From Nannocystales bacterium (lineage in GTDB: Bacteria; Myxococcota_A; Polyangia; Nannocystales; Nannocystaceae): DNA of 64,000 nucleotides. Shown piece by piece: positions 9,092 through 19,356 of the stretch. The notes below the pieces were generated by a model, which saw nothing but the letters and a program-made list of their open reading frames with translations, was not told the origin of the DNA and ran no database searches. Positions within the stretch are counted from its first letter, which is position 1. Every line of letters begins with the position of its first letter. The stretch is taken from assembly GCA_050633305.1 (NCBI GenBank), contig JBOEGF010000005.1, positions 192,001 to 256,000 of the forward strand. The letters run 5' to 3'. A program made the translations under genes and the position numbers.

Positions 9092-12000
9092 TTAGTCGCC
9101 GCTCTTCTCCGGGTGCGACTGCAGGCGCTGTTTGGGCCCGGTGATTCGACGGGCCAGGCCGACGACGTCCTCCAGCATCATGTAGTAGGCGGGGACCAAG
9201 AGCAGAATGATGAATGTCGCGAACAGAACGCCGAATCCCAAGCTGATCGCCATCGGGACCAGGAATCGGGCCTGCACGCTCGTCTCGGTGATCATGGGGA
9301 TCAGGCCGAAGAATGTCGTCAGCGACGTGAGCAGGATCGGGCGGAACCGCCGGACTCCTGCCGCGTGAATCGCATCGAACGCGGTCATCCCGTCACGGCG
9401 GTAGCCGTTGGCGGCGTCGATGAGAACCAGCGAGTCGTTGACGACAACCCCCGCCAAGGCGATCAGGCCCATGATGCTGATCATGCTCAGCTCAAACCCC
9501 ATCACGACGTGGCCGGCGAGGGCACCGATGAACCCGAAGGGGATCGCGCTCATCACGATGATCGGTTGTGCGTAGCTGCGGAACGGAACCGCCAGCAGGC
9601 CGAAGATGGCGATCATCGCCAACACGCCCCCACGGGAGAGGCTTCCCATCGACTTTGCTTGCTCTCGCGCTGCCCCTCCGAACTCATAGGTGAGTCCGGG
9701 GAACTGCTCGAGGAGCGCGGGTAGCGGTCCTGTCTTGAGCGCGCTCAGGACAACGTCCGGGCTGGTGCCGGGACGAACCTGGGCCGAAACCGGGACCATT
9801 CGTCGGCCCTCGGCGCGAAGGATCGAGGGTCGAGAGCGTCCGCCTTCGATGTCGGCCACCTCGGTCAGGGGGACCTCACCCCCCTCGGGTGTGCGCAGCA
9901 TCAGGGTTTCGACATCGTGCAGGCTGCCTCGTTCGTCCGCGGGAAGCCGGACGAGCACCCGCACCTCGTTGCGGCCCTCCTGCTGACGGAGCGCCTCGGC
10001 GCCGTAGAACGACGAGCGAACTTGGCGCGCGACATCGGCGGTGACCAGACCTAGGCTTGTCCCTTCCGGGGACATGGTCATCTCGAGTTGGGCTTTGCCG
10101 AGCGCGAACCCGTCGTCTACGTCGTAGACCTCTGGATACGCTCGCAGTTTCTCAGCAAGAACCTGAGACGCTGCGTCGAGTACGTCCATGTCGTCGTGCT
10201 GCAACTCGACGTTGATGGGTGCTCCGGGGCTTGGGCCCAGCGCGCTGCTGAAGGTGAGCTTCTCGGCGCCGGCGATCTGTCCGAGGCGACGTCGCCACTC
10301 GTCCAGAAACGCTTGGCTCTGTAGGGTGCGCTCCCCAGCGTCGACGAAGAACACCTGGACGTTCGCGAGATGACCGCCGGGGACGGAGACCATCGCTTGC
10401 GCAGGGTCCCCTGGAAGCGGGGTTCCGACTTGGCTGAATACGCCGCGCACGATGCCCTCCTCGCCGTTTTCGTCGAGGATCTCCTGCGCGACGCTGAGCA
10501 TCCTGCGTCGGATGCGTTCGGTCTCCGCAATCGGGGTGCCGAAGGGCATCTGAACGTCGGCGATGGTCACATCCCCGGCGATGTCCGGCATGAATCGGAA
10601 CGGAGTGTGCCCCCCTGCGACCCAGCCTCCAGCCGCGATGAGCATGCCCAGCCCGATGGCGAACGAGGTGTAGCGCCACCGAAGGGCGACGGCGAGGACC
10701 GGGCCGTAGACCCCCTTGATGAACTGCTCGAGCGCACGCCGGACTTTTTGCTGCTGATGGTGCACCGCGGCGTATAGGCCGGTGGCTTTGGGATCCTTGA
10801 GCGCCGCCAGGTGGGCTGGGAGTACCCACAGCGACTCGACCAACGAGATGACCAGTACCGAGATGACGATCGCCGGAATCACCCGGTAGAGCTTTCCGCT
10901 CACACCGGGGACGAATGCCATCGGCAGGAACGAGGCGACCGAGGTCGCGATGGCGAAACACACCGGAACGCCCACCTGTTGCGCACCCTCGACCGCAGCC
11001 TGCAGGGCAGGCACGCCCCGCTGCCGCATCTCGTAGATGTTCTCGCCGACGACGATCGCATCGTCGACCACCATGCCGAGCACGACGATGAAGGCGAACA
11101 ACGAGATCATGTTCACCGTCACGTCGAGCGTCGGCATGAACAGGACTGCGCCCAAGAAACTGACAGGGATGCCCATCGTCACCCAGAACGCCAGCCGCAG
11201 TTCCAAGAAGAGTCCCAAGATCAGCAGGACGAGCACGAGGCCGATCGCCGCGTTGCGCAGGAGCAAGTCGATTCGCTGCTGGTAGATCTCCGACCAGTCC
11301 AGCCAGGTGTTGGCGGAGACCCCCGGAGGCAATTCGGTCTCGAGACGGTCGAGGTGTTTGTGAACCGCGGCGGCGACCTCGAGCGGGGTCTGGTCGCCGG
11401 TTCGGAACACCTTGATCATCAACGCGGGCTCGCCTTCCCAGTACGACCGCTCGTCGGTCTCAGCGAAGGTTTCGCGAATCGTGGCGATCTGGCCAAGCGT
11501 GAGCTCGGTGCCCGTGCTGCCCGTCAACAGGGGCAGGGCTTCGAAGTCGGCGGCCCCGTAGCGTTTTTCGGCGGTGCGAAGGAGGACCTCGCCGCCTTCG
11601 GTTCGGACGGAGCCTCCTGCGAGTTCGACCGACGTCGCGCGTACCTTGGTCGCGACGTCATCAAGCGTGATGCCGTGGGCTCTTAGCTGCGCTTGGGGCA
11701 CTTCGATACTGAGCTCGTGCCCGGGGGCACCGACCAGCTCGGCGGTCGTGATTCCTGCGTCGGCGACCAGTTCGTCGCGGAGCCTCTCGCCGAGCATTCG
11801 AAGCTGGTTGCGGGGGATGTCCCCGTGCAGGACAACCGAGATGACCTCGAACTTGTTGGTGACGAGACTGACGATGGGGCGTTCGGCGTCCTGCGGGAGC
11901 GAGGTCAGCCGGTCGACGGCGTTCTTGACGTCTGCGAGCACCGTCGTGGGCTCGGCTTCCAACTCCATCGTCACATAGACTTGACCGGATCCTTCTGTTG

Positions 12001-12262
12001 CCGCACCGCTGACCCTATCGACACCGTCGATGCCGCGCACGGATTCCTCGAGCGCGAGGACGATGCCCTGTTCGACCTCGTCGGGGCTCGCCCCCGGGTA
12101 GGGGACGGTGATGCGGACGACCCCGAGCTTGAACTCGGGGAAAACCTCTTGTTTGATCGTGCAGGTCGAGAACAGGCCGCCGAGAAGCAGCAGGAACATG
12201 ACGAGGTTGGCGGCGACAGGGTTGCTGGCGAACCAGCGGATCGTGCCCCGTCGTTCACTCAC
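9092..12262 (-). CDS. RND efflux transporter permease (AcrB/AcrD/AcrF family)
   Basis: 1056 aa; YPGASP, GMVVDDAIVVGEN, GVVVNDSLVL and RFRPILLTSLTT motifs. Confidence 0.95.
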   Translation of the reverse strand: MSERRGTIRWFASNPVAANLVMFLLLLGGLFSTCTIKQEVFPEFKLGVVRITVPYPGASPDEVEQGIVLALEESVRGIDGVDRVSGAATEGSGQVYVTMELEAEPTTVLADVKNAVDRLTSLPQDAERPIVSLVTNKFEVISVVLHGDIPRNQLRMLGERLRDELVADAGITTAELVGAPGHELSIEVPQAQLRAHGITLDDVATKVRATSVELAGGSVRTEGGEVLLRTAEKRYGAADFEALPLLTGSTGTELTLGQIATIRETFAETDERSYWEGEPALMIKVFRTGDQTPLEVAAAVHKHLDRLETELPPGVSANTWLDWSEIYQQRIDLLLRNAAIGLVLVLLILGLFLELRLAFWVTMGIPVSFLGAVLFMPTLDVTVNMISLFAFIVVLGMVVDDAIVVGENIYEMRQRGVPALQAAVEGAQQVGVPVCFAIATSVASFLPMAFVPGVSGKLYRVIPAIVISVLVISLVESLWVLPAHLAALKDPKATGLYAAVHHQQQKVRRALEQFIKGVYGPVLAVALRWRYTSFAIGLGMLIAAGGWVAGGHTPFRFMPDIAGDVTIADVQMPFGTPIAETERIRRRMLSVAQEILDENGEEGIVRGVFSQVGTPLPGDPAQAMVSVPGGHLANVQVFFVDAGERTLQSQAFLDEWRRRLGQIAGAEKLTFSSALGPSPGAPINVELQHDDMDVLDAASQVLAEKLRAYPEVYDVDDGFALGKAQLEMTMSPEGTSLGLVTADVARQVRSSFYGAEALRQQEGRNEVRVLVRLPADERGSLHDVETLMLRTPEGGEVPLTEVADIEGGRSRPSILRAEGRRMVPVSAQVRPGTSPDVVLSALKTGPLPALLEQFPGLTYEFGGAAREQAKSMGSLSRGGVLAMIAIFGLLAVPFRSYAQPIIVMSAIPFGFIGALAGHVVMGFELSMISIMGLIALAGVVVNDSLVLIDAANGYRRDGMTAFDAIHAAGVRRFRPILLTSLTTFFGLIPMITETSVQARFLVPMAISLGFGVLFATFIILLLVPAYYMMLEDVVGLARRITGPKQRLQSHPEKSGD

Positions 12263-13475
12263 CGTCGCCCTCCTGTTCGAGACCGCCTTCGAGCCCCGGT
12301 CCGAGCTTTGGCGTGTCCACGGTGACCCTCATGCCCTCGGTTCCCAGCGGAAGACCACTGGTCACCACACGTTCGCCCGGCTCCAGGCCCCCGGAGAGCA
12401 CGACGGTGCCTGCGTCCCGCCAGCGCACTTCGACCTCCCGGGCGTGAAGCGTGTTGGCGTCGTCCAGAATCCAAACCGCTCCGCTCTCCTGAATCGCGGT
12501 TCGTGGAAGAACGGACATGGCGCCCAAGGGCTGCCCTTCGAGCTCGACCCGAACCGACGCACCGATCAACAGGGGCAGCGGTCGGTCGGTCGGGGCCTGA
12601 CCCAGGGAGAGCGGGTCCTCGACGGCGAGATGGAGCTTGGCCATACGGCCACGTTGGTCGACCGCGCGCTCGAGTCGGAGCACGGTGCCCTCGAAGACCG
12701 CGCCATCGCCCGCAGCTTCGTTGAAGATTCGAGCCTTGGACCCCGCGAGGTCGTCCGTATTGACCCCCGGGATGCGGAGTTCCTTGAGCTGGGCAACCGG
12801 GATCGAGACTTCGACGCGGAACCGGTCGGTTCCCGCCAAGGTCACGACCGGCATCGTCGGGCTCACGCTCTGGCCGAGTTCGACCGACTCGGTGAGCACC
12901 ACAGCGTCAAAAGGAGCGCGAAGGAGGGTGCGGCCGAGGTCGCGTTTGGCTTTTGCGATACGGGTGCGGGCGGACTTGACCTGAGCCTTCGCGACGTCGA
13001 GGTGGGGCTCACGGAGCGCGAAGGCGAGCGTTTCGTCGCTGAACCCCTCCGGGCGGTCCTTCCACTCGTGTTCGGCCACCTTGCGGAGCGTGTCTTCCTC
13101 GCGAACACGAAGCCTGGCCGCGGCGAGATCGGCCACGGTCATTGCAAGCGCATCGGAGTAGTCCCGACCATCCACACGGATCAGCGGCTCGTCCTTGGCC
13201 ACCAGCCCGCCAGGAACGAGCGCGAGGTTGGCCTCCTTGATGCGGCCCGCGACCTCGGGTGCCAGAGACACGCTGCGTTCTGCGCGGACGACCCCCATCG
13301 CGCGGATTGTCGGCGCGTAGTCGACCGGGCTGATCGTGGTAACCCTGACAAACGTTTGGGGCACTTCCGCCTCCTGAGGGGCAGCTTCGGACCCGGTCGC
13401 AACGAACAGAGATGCGAGAGCGAGACCGGCACCGACGGCGGCGAGAGGGAGCAAGACTTGTAGCCAGCGACGCAT
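12255..13475 (-). CDS. RND periplasmic adaptor (membrane fusion protein)
   Basis: N-terminal TM, APEVAGRI, helical hairpin, LRAPFDAVV, GLEPGERVV; overlaps the RND start. Confidence 0.92.
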   Translation of the reverse strand: MRRWLQVLLPLAAVGAGLALASLFVATGSEAAPQEAEVPQTFVRVTTISPVDYAPTIRAMGVVRAERSVSLAPEVAGRIKEANLALVPGGLVAKDEPLIRVDGRDYSDALAMTVADLAAARLRVREEDTLRKVAEHEWKDRPEGFSDETLAFALREPHLDVAKAQVKSARTRIAKAKRDLGRTLLRAPFDAVVLTESVELGQSVSPTMPVVTLAGTDRFRVEVSIPVAQLKELRIPGVNTDDLAGSKARIFNEAAGDGAVFEGTVLRLERAVDQRGRMAKLHLAVEDPLSLGQAPTDRPLPLLIGASVRVELEGQPLGAMSVLPRTAIQESGAVWILDDANTLHAREVEVRWRDAGTVVLSGGLEPGERVVTSGLPLGTEGMRVTVDTPKLGPGLEGGLEQEGDGE

Positions 13476-13593
13476 GAGGGGGTTCCGGCGCGGGGAGTGT
13501 GACCGCATCCTGCGAGCCGACAAGCATAACCTTCGCGGGAAATTCTTGCCCCCGTGGGCGGATTTCGACCGCGGTCCGTGCGAGGCTCCGCGG

Positions 13594-14415
13594 ATGATCT
13601 TGCGTGTTTTGCTCATCGCCACCTCCCTGGGGCTCATCGGGTGTGCGGGAGGGGATGACCCAGCCGAAGCTGGGACCGATATCGGGTCGGGAGGAACGAC
13701 TGGAGATCCGGTCGATCCCACGGACTCCACGACGGCCGTGAGCACATCGAGTTCGAGTTCGACGACCGCGACCCCTACGACGGCGTCAACGAGCACGACA
13801 GACACCGAATCCAGCAGCAGCAGCGGGGCCGTGACGACGGAGACCGGGAGCTCCTCGACGGGCTCGTGCGAGCCCTCCACGGAGGGATGTGCGTGTGATC
13901 CGGCCTCCGACCCGGAGTGCGGAGACGGCCTGATTTGCAACGACGACGACATCTGCGAGGTCGCTCTGTGCCCTGAGAAGAAAGACGAGCCCAACGGTGA
14001 TCCGTTCGAGCCGTTCTTGCTGACGGACTTGGAGGACGACGATCCGGCCGTTTTGTACGAGAGTCAGCTCAGCGGTGATGACGACGTCGATTGGTTTCGC
14101 TACGGGTGCAACGACCCGCTCCTGGGTTCGAGCGAGCCGAACGTGGACATCGTCGTACCGGAGGGAACCCGCGCATGTTTCTTCCTGGACTGTGTCCAGG
14201 GAGGCAACCCGCTGTTCGACTGTCCCGATGGCACCGAGGAGGAGACCGCTCCGATCGACAGCCTGCCAGGGTGTTGCGCAACCGGGTCGTTCTCCGCCGA
14301 GGTGGACCCGTTCAACTGCCCAGACAGCTCAGAGGACGCGCTCGAGGTCTACGTTCGTATCGAGGACGGTCCAGCAGAGGCTTGCAGCGACTACTCGTTC
14401 TCGTACGGCTGCTGA
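13594..14415 (+). CDS. Acidic Cys-rich lipoprotein with PPC-like C-terminal domain
   Basis: Lipobox LIGC, Ser/Thr linker, EPN...DDDVDWFRY motif. Confidence 0.72.
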   Translation: MILRVLLIATSLGLIGCAGGDDPAEAGTDIGSGGTTGDPVDPTDSTTAVSTSSSSSTTATPTTASTSTTDTESSSSSGAVTTETGSSSTGSCEPSTEGCACDPASDPECGDGLICNDDDICEVALCPEKKDEPNGDPFEPFLLTDLEDDDPAVLYESQLSGDDDVDWFRYGCNDPLLGSSEPNVDIVVPEGTRACFFLDCVQGGNPLFDCPDGTEEETAPIDSLPGCCATGSFSAEVDPFNCPDSSEDALEVYVRIEDGPAEACSDYSFSYGC

Positions 14416-14587
14416 CCAGCGAGTTCAGGCACACCGGGTGATCCCCGGGGGAGGGAGTCCTGACGGGATCGCGCTGGCGTCGCGCTGCAATCCGGCGCCT
14501 CGAGCGGAACGAGCTGTTCAGGCACGGGTGCAGTTGTGATCTGGCGAACCGTCGGTGGGGCCGAGACTGGGGTACCGTCGCGTCGGA

Positions 14588-16021
14588 ATGGGAATCGATC
14601 GAAGCCAACGACGTGCTCTGTGTCTGGCCCTCGCGCCACTCACATGGGGGCTGCTGGCCTGCGGAACCGGAGCAGACTCCCCGCAAGCCGAGACCCCGCT
14701 TGGCACGACGACCGCACCTGCCTCGACCGGCGAGGACGGGTCGAGCACCGAGCCTGAACCCGCGGCCTGCACACCCGGCACCCAAACGACCTGCATGTGC
14801 AGCCCCGGGGAAGTCGGCTTCCAGGTCTGCAACGACGCAGGCTCGGGCTATGGAGAATGCATGTGTGCCGATGGCACCACCGGTCCTGACCCCAGTGGTG
14901 GCGATACCAGCACGGGTGGGGACTCCTCCACCGGCGAGGCCGACCCGTGCGGAGATGCGGTCTGCGACGCCGACGGGGGCGAAGACTGTGCCTCCTGTGA
15001 GGAGGACTGCGGTGTTTGTGAGCCGTGCACCGAAGCGCCGACGTGCGAGGGGGCTGAGATCCCGCCGATCATCGACACCCACGCGATGTTCCTCGACGAT
15101 CCGATGGCCTACATCGCACCGAACGAGGTCTTGGATCAGTTGACGACCGCTGTCGAGCAGGGCGGCATCGAAGCGCGCCTCATCGCGGCCGCATTGGCGT
15201 CGGAGACGTCCGGCGAACTCGAAATCGTCACTCGCCTCCGCAGTGTCTTTGAAGGACATCCGGTGGCGTCGTCCAAGATTCGTGCTGCGTTTGCGCGCGC
15301 CGGAATGAACGACCCTGCGGTGTACGTCGCCGAACGCGGTGGCCCGACGCAGGCCGACCTCGTCGTTCCGTCCGCTGGACCCAGCGACTTCGTTTCAGGC
15401 GGTGGCCCGATGCTGGCGCCCTGCGACAACCCGCGGCTGCGCATCCGGGTGGCCCGGTTGACGGTTCATGAGGAGGACGACGATATCCTCAACGACGAGG
15501 TGTACTGCGCGATCACGACCGAGGCGGCCGAGCACGCCGAACTCAAAGTGACCCCGTTGACGACCGCGCTCGATGAAGGTGACAGCATCGACTACAGCCT
15601 CGATGGCGGCCTCATCTGGGGGCAGGGCGGGCTCACGGCTCCGATGGGCAACATCCTCATCAACTACAACTGCATCGAGTCCGAGGGGTCCGGCGAGGGA
15701 TACGCAAACCTCCTGGGCGCCATTGGAGACGCGGTCGGAGACTTCGACGGGAAGTCCGTCGGTGCCGACGGATGGGTGTTCCCCGCGGCTGGTGTCGTGA
15801 CGAACTTGCTCGCGGGCTCGCTGACGCTGGATGGTGACGACCTCCTCTTCAACGGGACGCAGACCATCCCGGCTGCCGAGATGCTGCCGCTGACCTTTGG
15901 CGCATGGTGGTCGGTGCGTCGCGATGGCACCAACGGGTTCTCCGATTGGGACTGGGAGCTGCGGATGGAGATCTGGGGCTGTCACGACTACGGCACCGGC
16001 GAACTCCCGCCCGCCGAGTGA
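14588..16021 (+). CDS. Cys-rich lipoprotein, function unknown
   Basis: Lipobox LLAC; CTPG..TC.C and CGDAVCD..GEDC.SC.EDCG.C modules; globular C-terminal domain. Confidence 0.75.
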   Translation: MGIDRSQRRALCLALAPLTWGLLACGTGADSPQAETPLGTTTAPASTGEDGSSTEPEPAACTPGTQTTCMCSPGEVGFQVCNDAGSGYGECMCADGTTGPDPSGGDTSTGGDSSTGEADPCGDAVCDADGGEDCASCEEDCGVCEPCTEAPTCEGAEIPPIIDTHAMFLDDPMAYIAPNEVLDQLTTAVEQGGIEARLIAAALASETSGELEIVTRLRSVFEGHPVASSKIRAAFARAGMNDPAVYVAERGGPTQADLVVPSAGPSDFVSGGGPMLAPCDNPRLRIRVARLTVHEEDDDILNDEVYCAITTEAAEHAELKVTPLTTALDEGDSIDYSLDGGLIWGQGGLTAPMGNILINYNCIESEGSGEGYANLLGAIGDAVGDFDGKSVGADGWVFPAAGVVTNLLAGSLTLDGDDLLFNGTQTIPAAEMLPLTFGAWWSVRRDGTNGFSDWDWELRMEIWGCHDYGTGELPPAE

Positions 16022-16033
16022 GCCGGGCGCCTC

Positions 16034-16984
16034 TTAGCCCCAAAGTGACTCGAGCGTATGCGGCGAGCCTTTGGGGCACCAGAACTCACCGGTGACGTAG
16101 CGTTCGTCCCGGTTGAGTTCATCGATCTTCTGCATGTCGCCCTCGGACAGCGTGACCTTCGTCGCGGCGAGGTTCTGGGCGATGCGCTCGGGGTTGGTGC
16201 TCTTGGGGATCACGGCGGTCCCGCGTGCGAGGGCCCATGCGATCAGCACTTGAGCTGGTCCGCAATCGTGGGACTGCGCGACCGCGGCGATCGTCGGGTC
16301 GTCGAGCAGTCTTGTCTCGTCCTCTCGACGCATCGAATCGGGCCTTCCGCTGGACCCCAACGGTGAGTACGCCGTCACGGCGACCCCTCGTTCCTTCATT
16401 CCCGCCAAGAAGTCCGGCTGGGCGTTGTAAGGGTGCAACTCGACTTGGTTCACGGCCGGGGCAACGCCGACGGCTTTCGAGATCAAGTCGAGCTTGCCGA
16501 CCGAGAAGTTGGAGACCCCGACCTGGCGTGTCTTGTCGGTGGATGGAAGCTTGGCCATCGCCTCCCAGGTCGCTTCGAGCGACGTTGCTGGCGGCGCGAG
16601 AAACTCACTGCCGGTTTTGGGGCGGATGACGCCCTTGGCGTGAGCGACCGGCCAGTGCACGAGATACAGGTCGATGTAGTCGAGGCCGAGTTGGCTCAGC
16701 GACTTCTCGAGTCCGGCCTGTACATCGCCGGGCGCGTGCATGTCGTTCCACAACTTCGTCGTGACCCACAGGTCTTCACGCGTCACATCTCCGGCTGCGA
16801 TCGCCTCGCGGATACCGCGGCCCACCTCTTCTTCATTGAAGTAGATCCATGCCGCGTCGATGTGGCGGTAGCCGAGCTTGAGTGCCTCGCGCACGGCCCG
16901 GTAGACGTGCTCGGGTTCACTCAGCCAAGTGCCGAGTCCAAACGCGGGGAACGAGGTGCCGTCGTGAAGCGAGAGCGTATGCAC
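16034..16984 (-). CDS. Aldo/keto reductase
   Basis: GLGTW, GYRHIDAAWIY.NE, TTKLW, DLYLVHWP, GVSNF, NQVELHP, AYSPLG, IPKS. Confidence 0.95.
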   Translation of the reverse strand: MHTLSLHDGTSFPAFGLGTWLSEPEHVYRAVREALKLGYRHIDAAWIYFNEEEVGRGIREAIAAGDVTREDLWVTTKLWNDMHAPGDVQAGLEKSLSQLGLDYIDLYLVHWPVAHAKGVIRPKTGSEFLAPPATSLEATWEAMAKLPSTDKTRQVGVSNFSVGKLDLISKAVGVAPAVNQVELHPYNAQPDFLAGMKERGVAVTAYSPLGSSGRPDSMRREDETRLLDDPTIAAVAQSHDCGPAQVLIAWALARGTAVIPKSTNPERIAQNLAATKVTLSEGDMQKIDELNRDERYVTGEFWCPKGSPHTLESLWG

Positions 16985-17091
16985 GGGCGGGAGGCTAGCA
17001 GGGGAAGTCAGGTGCACAGGACCCCGATCGCTTCTTCGGGTCGTCGCGCGACCGACGGGAGCTGCGCCCGACAAGAAGCACGCTATCCTGC

Positions 17092-18762
17092 GTGGCGGTG
17101 GCCCCTGCCGACCAATACCTGCGCGCCGTCGAGTATCTGCTCGATGAGGGAGTGGCGGGGCGGTCGCTTCTCCACTTCAACGAGACCGCCGCGTTCTTGG
17201 CCATGGAGGACACGAGCCTGGCCATCGTCATCCATCCCACGAAACGGGGGTCCGACCTCCTCGACACGATGACCAAGCATCTGGGGATGAACCCCAAGGC
17301 GCACCACAAGCTCATCATGGTCGGGGGCGGGGAAGAGATGCGACCGCTGCTCGAAGCGTGTCAGCCAGGGGTGTTCGCGCGCCGGATGGTTCAGGTCTAT
17401 CACCTGGCGGACGACGGCACGATCTGGAACGGTCGGTCGAGTCGGTTGGATTCGTCCGCCGGCCGCGCGCTGGAGGCTGGGAGAGACGGGGAGGGGGTCG
17501 TGGATGCCGACACGCTGGCACGCCAGGTCCAGCAGCCGTCGCGCGACGAGGTTGTTCGGGTTCGAGAACACCGCACCTTCGTCGACGCATACAAGCGTGC
17601 GCGCCCGGTGCTGACCATGGGCGCGGTGGCGCTGCTCTTGGGTGTCTACGGTCTTCAGATGACCTGGGGCGGCGGTGCGTTCATCCCCACGCTCACGCGC
17701 ATGGGCGCCAACACCGAGGCGTCACTGGGCGCCGAGCCGTGGCGGCTGCTCGCGTCCACGGTCCTGCATGGCGGTCCGGTGCACGTGTTGATGAACGGCG
17801 TCGTGCTCTACATCCTGGGTGGGCAGCTGGAGCGCATTCTCGGGTGGCGCCGACTCGCCGTGTTGCTGGTGAGCGCCGGCCTCCTGGGCGCCGTGGCCAG
17901 CAGTCTCGCCGCGGAGGCCATGCTCAGTGTTGGGGCGTCCGGTGCGATCTGGGGGCTGTTCGGCGCGGCTTTAGGCATCTCGGTTCGCCCCCAAGGTCTG
18001 GTGCCCGCGGCGGTCGTCGGCAACCTCAAGCGGGCTGCGGTCATCAACCTGGTCATCAACCTGACGGCCTCGTTCATCCCTGGGATCGACCTCATGGCGC
18101 ACTTGGGCGGTGGGGTCGCGGGTTTGTTGCTGAGTTTCTCCGGGGTGCTCACCCGCGGGCTTCGGCCACTGTCCGAAGACCCCGAGCGGACCGCGGACGC
18201 TCGCAGCGGTTGGACCCTCGCTGCGTGGGTTGCATCGGCCGCGACGCTCGCGAGCCTGGTCGTGGCGTGTGTCCTGGGCCGCCCCTGGGAGCTGGGCCGG
18301 GCTCCGCAGCTCGCCCGCACGGCGCTCGAGGGGACACGCTACTCGGTGATGACGGTCGGGGCCCCCGTGGAGTCCGAGCGAGTTGAGGGCGAAGAGCTGG
18401 TCTTCTCCATCGGTGACCCGTTGTCGGATCCGTTCACGCTCGGCGTTGATGTCCATCTTTGGGCTGAGCCAGGCCCGTTCGAAGAAACCGACATCAACGC
18501 GTGGCGGAGCCTCGATCCCGAGCTTCCTGAAGGCGTCACGCTCGTGTCCAGCGACCGCGTCGCAGGGGGAGATGCTCCTGTTGTGGACGAGGTTCACGCC
18601 TATCCTAACAATGGACTGCTGTACGTCCGCTACACCCTGCTCGATGAAGCGGAGGTCGGAGTCAGCGCGTTCGTCTTCGAGGGTGCACGCGATGACGTGA
18701 CCGCGGCCGCGAAGAAGTCGGTGCGGTCACTGCGGGTCGAATCGTCGAGTCCGTCGCATTGA
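17092..18762 (+). CDS. Rhomboid family intramembrane serine protease with extra N- and C-terminal soluble domains
   Basis: WRLL...LHGG..HVLMN, catalytic GASG and AHLGG. Confidence 0.9.
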   Translation: MAVAPADQYLRAVEYLLDEGVAGRSLLHFNETAAFLAMEDTSLAIVIHPTKRGSDLLDTMTKHLGMNPKAHHKLIMVGGGEEMRPLLEACQPGVFARRMVQVYHLADDGTIWNGRSSRLDSSAGRALEAGRDGEGVVDADTLARQVQQPSRDEVVRVREHRTFVDAYKRARPVLTMGAVALLLGVYGLQMTWGGGAFIPTLTRMGANTEASLGAEPWRLLASTVLHGGPVHVLMNGVVLYILGGQLERILGWRRLAVLLVSAGLLGAVASSLAAEAMLSVGASGAIWGLFGAALGISVRPQGLVPAAVVGNLKRAAVINLVINLTASFIPGIDLMAHLGGGVAGLLLSFSGVLTRGLRPLSEDPERTADARSGWTLAAWVASAATLASLVVACVLGRPWELGRAPQLARTALEGTRYSVMTVGAPVESERVEGEELVFSIGDPLSDPFTLGVDVHLWAEPGPFEETDINAWRSLDPELPEGVTLVSSDRVAGGDAPVVDEVHAYPNNGLLYVRYTLLDEAEVGVSAFVFEGARDDVTAAAKKSVRSLRVESSSPSH

Positions 18763-18773
18763 GGCGAGCTCGC

Positions 18774-19259
18774 TCAGCAGCAGTGGTCGCCGCAGGTTTC
18801 GATCGTGACGTCCGGGGAATTGTCCGAGATGCACTCGTCGATGAACTCACTGCCGGTCTGGAACGGGTCCCAGCAGTCGATGAAGGCTTGGCCCATGCTG
18901 TACCCCGTGTTGTCGCCAACCGTCGCTCGGATGGTGGCGGTGTACCCACAGCCGCCGGGTTTGGCCGTCCAGTAGACGGCCGGCAGGTTGAAGTTGTCGA
19001 TCTGCCAGCCGTACCAGGTTCCTCCGGCCCAGCTCCACCCGTATCCAGTCGTGACGGCGGAGTCGTGGACCACGTCGTATCCGCCGCTGGAGGTCTTGGC
19101 TCGAATCTCCACGGCTTGACCGAGGGCGTTGCCGTAGCCGGAGATACGCGGGATGGTCGTCGTGGGGTTGTTGGCAATGATCTCGCCGTCGTACGGCTCG
19201 GCAATACAAGCGGTGAGGAGTGCGGCGAGCACGAAGGGGACAGGGGTGGCGTGCCGCAT
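18774..19259 (-). CDS. Small lipoprotein, function unknown
   Basis: Lipobox LTAC, Trp/Tyr-rich beta-like body, ends in CGDHCC. Confidence 0.7.
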   Translation of the reverse strand: MRHATPVPFVLAALLTACIAEPYDGEIIANNPTTTIPRISGYGNALGQAVEIRAKTSSGGYDVVHDSAVTTGYGWSWAGGTWYGWQIDNFNLPAVYWTAKPGGCGYTATIRATVGDNTGYSMGQAFIDCWDPFQTGSEFIDECISDNSPDVTIETCGDHCC

Positions 19260-19356
19260 GAGTTTTCCGGGGGGGTTGTTGCCGCGGAGGCTCAACCGTT
19301 CCCACCGGGTCGCAAACGAGCAACCGGCCGCCCAGCGTGTCATCGGACCGAACGCT

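Noticed and set aside
9092..13475. RND pump without an outer-membrane factor gene
   Set aside because: Common arrangement; TolC-like genes are often unlinked
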